Both the position numbers and the translations under genes were made by a program. Shown here one piece after another: positions 55,531 to 64,000 of a DNA stretch of 64,000 nt. Within the stretch, counting starts at the first letter, position 1, and every line of letters begins with the position of its first letter. A model generated the notes under the pieces. The model was not told the DNA's origin. It saw nothing but the letters and a program-made list of their open reading frames with translations, and did not search any database. This stretch comes from the human T2T-CHM13v2.0 reference genome, Homo sapiens, in the NCBI RefSeq assembly GCF_009914755.1, contig NC_060926.1; one strand, given 5' to 3'.

Positions 55531-56515
55531 TAAGTGGTACATTTTCAATGCGTATTCTATTCTTGTTTCTCTAGATTTTTAAACCTTCTACTCTTATTTT
55601 GAGAAAACCTTTCCATTATTAATCTCTTTGATGGTTTTTGCCATAATCACATCTCCACAGTCACTTTTGACATATATGGTACTAATCTCAGGAATTAAAA
55701 TGTGGATAGAGTGGTTGGGGGGCATAATTTAGTGTATGAACTCCATTTTATTTTATTGATCTATTTCTCCATCACAGTGTCTTATTTACTATAGCTTTAA
55801 AATAGATCTCAATATTCAAGAGTGGAAAAACTATTCTTATTCAAGACTGTGTCATTTTTTGCTCTTTTTATTTACATATAATTTTGAATATCAGCTTGCC
55901 AATTTCCACACATATGTACACCTACTGAGATATTTATTTTGAATGCATAACATTCATATATTAATTTCACAAACTTTAGCACCTACACATTTTTGTCTTT
56001 AATAATTGCATGGATTGAGAAGGTACATTTAAATTTCTAAATAATTACATCTATTTTGAAAAAAAAAAAAAACCTGTTAAAGCAGGCTAGCCTTGGGGAG
56101 GTCGGAATTGTTCAGGACATGCACAATTTGTTTTAGAACATTAAATATATCTGACTCCAGTTACACATGCACTTACTGATTCAATGTTAACTTGAAATAG
56201 TTCCTGCTGGTAAACTTGCATCATCATCTTTTCTATTCACCAACTTGCTGAGGTCAACTTTCTTCCTTGGATCTTGGTTGTCTAACTTTATTCTTTTCAT
56301 TTATATTTATTCCTAGCTTTTTTGTATGTGCTCCTGATGAGTATAAAGGAAACCAAAGGCTCTCAGCAAAGTTGCAAAACAAGAAAAGACTGATTTGTAA
56401 AGACATGATGCAGACATATTTTCTAGAATATAAGTGCAGAATCTCTGCAGCTTCACTACCTGTACTAAATATGTCTACAGATGCCAGAGACTTAAAAATA
56501 TTTTTAAATGATTTA

Positions 56516-56970
56516 TGTTATTTATTGAGTCAGTTTCCCTTAGAAACAGACTGAAGTGAGAATTTGTGTGCATGGAAGATATCTATTAAGGGTGATCTTA
56601 GGCAAAATCGGCAAGGAAGTGAGGGGAGCTAGAGAGGATAGGGAAATAGCAGTACAACAGCAAGGTGTCAGGGGACGTCTAACTTCAATCTGATTCATCC
56701 AGAAACTTGATGCTCACATTGCAATGCAGATTGTGTTCTAACTGTAGGCAAAGAGGCTGGACTTCTGTAATTCAGACTAGTCTGTCATGAATATACCCTT
56801 GGCTGTGTAACCCTAAGACAACTCCCAGAGAAGTGGCTCCAAATGGCCAAGGGTGAGCCTCTGAAGAAGTTGCTGGGTAGTTACAGGTGTGAGCCTTGTG
56901 GCCACTGTGGGGATGGACACTCAGCAAGTACAAAGGTTCCCAGTTGATTTGTCCTGGAGCCAACATCATA
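56516..56970 (-). mobile_element. LTR16-like old ERVL LTR
   Basis: GTCAGTTTCCCTTAGAAACAGACTGAAGTGAGAATTTGTGTGCA...GGAAGTGAGGGGAGC. Confidence 0.5.
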
Positions 56971-57264
56971 TGTTACATGTTTTATTCCCTTGTGAGCTCT
57001 CTTTTACATGAACATTGCTTATAGCAAATACTGATCTCATTGTTAACCATGATTTCTCAGAGTACTTGATATTCTTTAATTGTATGAATTGATTTATAAG
57101 AAATTTATTAATCTGAAGGTATACATAATTTTAGAAGGATATTCTTTGGCTTCTTACATGTGTTTAAAAATTACATCTTGGGCTCAAACATTTTTAAAGA
57201 AACATACATTGAAATTATAATGTAAATTAATAGGGTATTAATGGAATTAAGAGGCCACAGATGA

Positions 57265-57685
57265 CACTGGCTAGCTATTTACCAAAGCTATTTTCCTGTT
57301 CTTTCTTTTCTTCTTAGACTGTATTTCCCAGCCTACCTCTATTGAGAGAGTTGTTACGAGGTTATGCCAACAAAATGTTCATGGAAATTATGTATGCGAC
57401 TGCCAAGCCTGATCTTCCATACAATCCTCAGGCTTGCTCTTTCTCTGTGGGCTGGTTGGATCTCAATGCCCAGGGTGACCAAGGGGTGGGGGATGGGGGG
57501 GATGTGCTGAAGATGGCAGAGCCTCCAGCCATCTGAGTTTCTGAATTAGTAACAGAGCATGTCACATCCCTTGCCTCTAACTGGACTCTAAAATGAGCAA
57601 GTAATGAACTTTAATTATACTAAGCTGTGGAGATTTGAGGGTGTGTAGCTAATGCAATTACTAGTATTGTCTTATTTAACATACA
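57265..57685 (+). mobile_element. MLT1I/J-like MaLR LTR
   Basis: TAGACTGTATTTCCCAGCCT...GCTGAAGATGGCAGAGCC...TAAGCTGTGGAGATTTGAGGGT. Confidence 0.7.
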
Positions 57686-60600
57686 TACCAGAATATATAC
57701 ACAAACATACTTTCAGGAGATTATAGACCCTAAAAATTGTTAAACACACTTGTGTATGTATATCATTAGTATATAAGGGTAAATAGTAAAATCTTAAGAT
57801 TAAAATCCTTTTCTATTATGTCATCCTTATTGGTAATGTATTTTAGAATTCTTTTCACTGTAAATACTATTGCTTAATATCTTGAAGCCAGAATCTCCCT
57901 TAGACTTATATATTCTACCTAATGCTTAAAATAATTGTTGAAGAACAAGAATAGCAGTAATTTTAGAGGTCAAAAGAAGAACATTTTAAGAATGGCTGTA
58001 AAATTTCCCATGAAGTTTTGTTTTATTTGAATTTGTCTATGCTTGATTTTTTTTTTTTTTCCGGTATGAAACCCTGAGCCACAGTAGGGATTCGATAATT
58101 TGTTTTTCTGCTCTCAGCTTATACAGCTAAGCAGCAAACCAGCTCCCCAAGGAAAATCGGAGAAATATCCATTCTTTCAGCTACAAATTTGACTGCAGTG
58201 AACTCACCAGGCACTTTAGGTGTCCATGATTAATGGGAAGTCAATCAGCTCAGACACAATATCTTACATTATTGACATCCCACTAATTAAAATAATTTGA
58301 GGGATAGCAAATAATTTGAGGTAGAATTTCTGGAAATATCATATGAAAATAGGATTATTAGCTGGTAACTCAGTAATATTCATTGACACAGTAGCTTGGT
58401 TTGCCAGACAAATTATCATCAATGAATAGGATATGAGATGTGATTTAGAGAGGTTTTAAGAAAGGGAACATAAAATCGAAGGTCTGTGTTCAGTTTTTTT
58501 CCTTGATATCCTAGAAATAATTTGTGCTGCTTGTAACCCGATGGTGTAAAAGAACAAGTCTAGGGACTGTGGAGGACAGGACAACACCACAACTTCCTGC
58601 TACAGAATTACAGCTAGGACCAATCTTTTTTCAAAAGAAATACACAACTTGGTTTGTCATTACATTATCTCTAAGGCATTTTTATCCATGTGGCCATGCT
58701 TGGAAATCGGAACATTTTTCAGTAAAAATCTACTTACTATGATGAAAGATGTGTTGCTAGCACCTGGGTCATTGTGACTTCAAAAAGAACATTATTTGAG
58801 GAATAATTAACACAGTTCTTCCTTTCCAGGATACGGTCCCCAGAAACATAATTTTATTCATAATTATGCTTAGAAATTATGTATGATGTTCAGGAAATTA
58901 AATGTATGTTTTATTTTGAAAGGTCAAAACATTGTTTCCAAAACTAAGTATTTCTTAAATATCCCATTTAATTCATGCAAAGAATAAGAACATTCTAGAA
59001 TTATAAATGTGTTTAATTTCATTTCCTATATTTAAATATGAATGTGGTGATTTGCTTTATTTCTTCAAAGGCCACTATAATAAATCTTTCTTCAATGGAA
59101 GAGTTCTAAAGATCTAAATTATGGTGTTTTTGTTTTGTTTTGTTTTGAGAAGTAGTAATTGGCTTTGTTGCCCTTTTAAGTGAATTATGTGGGAGGAATC
59201 TCTACATGTTTTCTGAGACCTAGAAACAATCAGACAGCAGTTGGCATGTCTATTTTTAGCATTGAGATTTTATAAAATAAAATGAAAGCCCACTTATAAT
59301 TATTTTTATTCCATTGGTGAAAGGGTCACAGATTATATTTTTAATAATTTAAGCTTTTTTAAATTCTTAAGGTCATAAAAATTGCTTAGCAAATTGCTAA
59401 GCTGAGAATGAAAGATCCTAGGTTGTCATTTAGGCCTAAGCAGTGTCTGCTCTCTTAAGTAAAATAACACCTTTTCTGATAATATACAGGATATTTATCA
59501 CATATCTACTGGATATTAAATGCAAGGTATTCTTTCAAAGATGGCTATGAGATATGGTATGGTATGGTTTAGATACTAACCTAAAGATTTCATTCTGGAT
59601 AATTGGATAATTTGACGGAGGGCCATAGAGATTCATTTGCTCTCCTAAATCCATAGCCTTATTTAGATAAAATTTAGATTTGGAGATGTAAGTCAAGATG
59701 CAGAGAGTGCTTTGGACATGTATGGGTGAAAGAAAAACTTATACATATTTAACTGATAGTATTTACCAAGATTTGAAGCAGGTACTTTATATACTACATT
59801 TTATGGAATCTCCATAAGAGCCATGTGAATTAAACATTGGTTTTCCTATTATACAATAGATGATCTTCTAGTGTTACCTGTAAGAGAAATTCAGAGATAT
59901 AAATTACAATGGGATCTTTTACTTGGGACCATGCCAGCCTCCTTACTTAGTGTCTTTTACCCAGCACCATCTCCTGGAGGGAAAGCACTTCTCTCTTGAT
60001 CATTCTTAGGCTCTTCTTTCTTGAAATTTTCTTTTAGTGAGAGAGGGGAAACTCATTGGAGCAAGTATTTGTGGCAACACTGACTAAGGCCTACTTGTTT
60101 CTTTGTGAAGCTATTTACCACCCGAGGAATTCTCACAATTGTATAACCACAGAGAAACAAACCTATATGTGGGCTGCATGACCCAGGCAGTTCCTGTTGG
60201 TGGCCAAGCCAGGAGGAACACTTCTGACACCCAAATTTCCCGGATGACTAGGGTTCTAGAATAGCAGGTTTCTCGTATTAGTAAGGCTCAACCCTTGATC
60301 ATAAAGCTCAAGGTTTTCCAACTTGATTGCATCCCCACTGCCAAATCCAACTCTTTGTAAACATGTGTTTCTAAACATAAGAGGCAGCAGGGTATGAGAT
60401 CCCCTTCTAGAGAGTCCAGTTGTGGTCGACCCACATATGTCTCTCCATGTTGTGCTAGAGCTTGGGGAACCCTGTCATTCACCAGCCCTGTGCCTGAGGA
60501 TGTCTGTTTTGAGATTTTTCCTGTGGATTATTTGTGCTGCTTAGCTTAATTCTCAATTCAAAAATAGCTTAATGGAAATTATTTTCCCCATCCTGTTTTT

Positions 60601-63442
60601 TTGTGTAACTGTAGACATGGCTTGGGACAGAATTTAGGAGGAAAAACTCAATATTGACCTCTACCTGTGTAAAAAAGACAGAAAGATTTCCTTTATGCTA
60701 TTTGCTTTACTATTTCTTAGCTTAGCACTTCACATTTTAAATGGAAATATTTCAAAGCAAATAAAATACCTAAAAAGTAGTCATGGCATTCTATGCAGTA
60801 AAAAGAAACCTATCAGCAGAAAGGTGGGATTTATATTTCTGCAGAGCGTACCTTCTGAGTTACATGAGCATTAAAAAAGATGGGGGAAGAGAAAGAGGTA
60901 CTTCAACTATACAGGGATAAGTGTCACAGTATTTTTAATTAAGAAAAAATACTGACTAAGGAGCTAAAGGGAGAGCTCTTGTTTTGGTAGTATCAGACTG
61001 TTGATGAGAGTAGAAAATAGTCTGCGTGTGCCTATTAAGTTATTTTTTCTGCACCCTGCATCAATTCATATTACAGCTGTCAGAGTTGGTACAGGTTTTC
61101 AAGCAAATTCAGGCAATGCATTCACTTTTCTTTTTCCCCATTTATTCTTCTCTCTAACATAGGGCCTTAAGTTGCCCTCAGATTTGCATCCTGCCTTATC
61201 ATAACTAACCATGATATTTCTAGCAAAACTGGTGTCAACCTACTTGAAAGTACATTTCCATTTCTTCAGCAGACTAATTGTCTCCTTCAATCCAACATCT
61301 GCTTGCAGAGATTTTAAATTAAGCCCCAGAAGATTAAATAAGTTATATAGTTATTAGCAAAAAGAGATGGTACCAGAATATATCAAGAATTTAGCAAAAT
61401 GCAAATGCTATACCAATATCAAGTATAGCAAAGTGAGTCTTCCAAATGCAAAAGCCTAACAGAAATCTATATATTTATTTTATTGTGTAGATGTCAATAT
61501 AACACTTGTTAGTATGTATGAAATGGTGATTTGGAATCTTTCCTAAAGCAGCAAATGATAATTATCCATGGATGTCTACACTATTTCCCTATTGACTGGC
61601 AATCTAATATTTAACTAAGCTAGCTTAAATTGAAGTACATTTCAATTGCACAATTTCCTTTGAGAGCAGATTGCAGTTTTAAAATTCAGTAGGCTGAGGT
61701 ATATCAGATATGGCCATGCTAAGGGAGAAGACTGATTTTCTGTAACCAATTGCCTCCTAAGAAAGTGAAATAATAAAGAAATAACCTTGGGCTTTCACAC
61801 TGTAGACACAGAATATTTGTTTCAAAAATAACAAAATAACAATAGCAATTAAAAAACTGAACCCCTGACTTACAAAAAGTGTATTAAGCTCTATCTAAAA
61901 AAACCTATTAGACTTTGTTAGAAAATTCTTAGAGAATACCTGAGGCTATTATTTCCATAGCAAAAAGATGAAGATCTGGGTATTTACTCAGTTATTTGCT
62001 TATAGACTCTTTTCTTTATTTATTCATTAATAAACATATATTAAGCATTAATTCCTGAAACCTGGTATAAAAGGTAAAAGATTACTGGCAATTAGTTATA
62101 TCAGGTTGCTAGTACCTAAAATGGTGGGAATCATAAAATAATCAAATAATAAAAAATAACTTGTATTTTAAATTTACAAAACAGTTTAATGAATTGTTTT
62201 TATTAAATATATGTTTGTAGCCATAACATTCATATCAATATGAATAGATATATGGCAGTGCTTGACTAGTTGTACCAAGTATTACAATTTTACATTTAAT
62301 TTAGCCAGAAATTGTTTCTAATATATGCTCAGAATGCTTTAAGCACCAAATGACATCACCTGCGTTCAGGCCCCCAGAACTGGGGTTTGAAACACTAAGC
62401 TGTAAAATATATTGGGCTTCTTTTTCTTTTTCTGATGTTAGGAACATCCTAAGACTCTCTGAAATTGAATGGTGCTATTTTCAGAAGACATTAAACGTGT
62501 GCCTTTTCAAAATCTTTTGATAGTTTATGCCACTTTTTTTTACCACAATAATAATTTTAGAGCATTTTGGTATTTTTCAACTCACATATTTCTTCTTTCC
62601 TACTTCACAGTCTTGAAGTCTTGTCAGATTTCCCCATATGATCAACTCACTCCACATTCAGATGAATAGGTATGAGATCCATGCTGCCCAATTCTTCTAT
62701 ATGCCCAGCATACATAAATAAGGAGCTATCATTAAGAGCTTCACTGCTATACCACTTGTTCATATAAGTTATTAAAAACAGGAGCAACTCTGTTCCCAAA
62801 AATGTTTCCACTGACAGCTCTAGGGAAACTAGAAAGCAGTAGCTGATATGAGTGTAAAAAGGGGAGTGACTTTACAATATATGTCTTTCTCTCTTTATTT
62901 CCTAGGCTATAAAACTATGTCGAATTTCAACTTCATATTTGATTTTTATTGCATTGAAAAACTTCAGTAGTTATTTTTAACAACAAATTTTTATTCTTTC
63001 CCATACATACTGGTTGAAAATAAAACTAATCAAATCATTTCATTATATTGTTCTTCAGACTTAATGAAATAAATGTTTGATAACTTGTGTCTTTTATTCT
63101 TTCCCCCTTCTTTATCTACTTCAGGAATATTAGATTCCTTTACAGTTTTTTAAAAATTTTAAATTTATGAGTAATACATTTCTCTATGTTTTCCAAGAGG
63201 TTTGCATCTTATACTACTTTTTTGAGTAGACATGGTCAAGTATCATTGAAGGGGCAGCCAATTCCTGCTCTGTGAGGCCATTTTAACACCGCTGTCCCTC
63301 ACCCGAAAATGCTTGTGTTACCATAGACATTAATTATCAGGTCCTTCAGCAACATAATGTCAAAATACGCACTTGGTATATTCAAATAATTCATTGAAAA
63401 ATAAATCGACAAATTCCTTGGCTTCAGTGGCCAGGCTTTTAA

Positions 63443-63743
<301 letters not shown>

Positions 63744-63756
63744 TTAAATATTTAAA

Positions 63757-63761
<5 letters not shown>

Positions 63762-63790
<29 letters not shown>

Positions 63791-63966
63791 AGACAGAGTC
63801 TCGCTCTGTTCCCCAGGCTGGAGTACAGTGGCGCGATCTTGGCTCACTGCTCACCTCCACCTCCCGGGTTCACACCATTCTCCTGCCTCAGCCTCCCGAG
63901 TAGCTGGGACTACAGGCACCTGCCACCACGCCCGGATAATTTTTTATATTTTTAGTAGAGACGGGG
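63762..63966 (-). mobile_element. AluY-like, 5'-truncated
   Basis: CCCGGGTTCACACCATTCTCC; TSD TAAATATTTAA(A/T)TCTTT at 63745-63761 and 63967-63983. Confidence 0.9.
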
Positions 63967-64000
63967 TAAATATTTAATTCTTTAGCATCTCACTTTTGTA

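Overview
Primate, most likely human, genomic DNA: AT-rich, CpG-depleted and dominated by interspersed repeats. I found no protein-coding exon or CpG island I can support, so the window reads as intergenic or deep intronic. Every recognisable ORF in the track comes from Alu, L1 or ERV sequence. Main content: (1) a truncated HERV-T/S71 provirus on the minus strand (intact LTR6B, tRNA-Thr PBS, long leader; ~29140-31305); (2) a 5'-truncated HERV-H provirus on the minus strand (3' LTR7, gag/pro/pol remnants; 35641-~40190); (3) a near full-length old L1MA element (~13180-20080) with ~80-bp repeats at its 5' end; (4) an AluSp plus inverted L1PA7-like composite that shares one TSD; (5) a very young AluYc1-like insertion; (6) a tailless 5S rRNA retropseudogene; (7) many MaLR/ERVL/ERV1 solo LTRs, MIR/L2/MER5 relics and nested insertions. 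Family names come from my recall of consensus sequences, not from a database search. I see no evidence of a new biological system; the best leads are unusual retro-insertion structures and a cluster of primate LTR regulatory elements.
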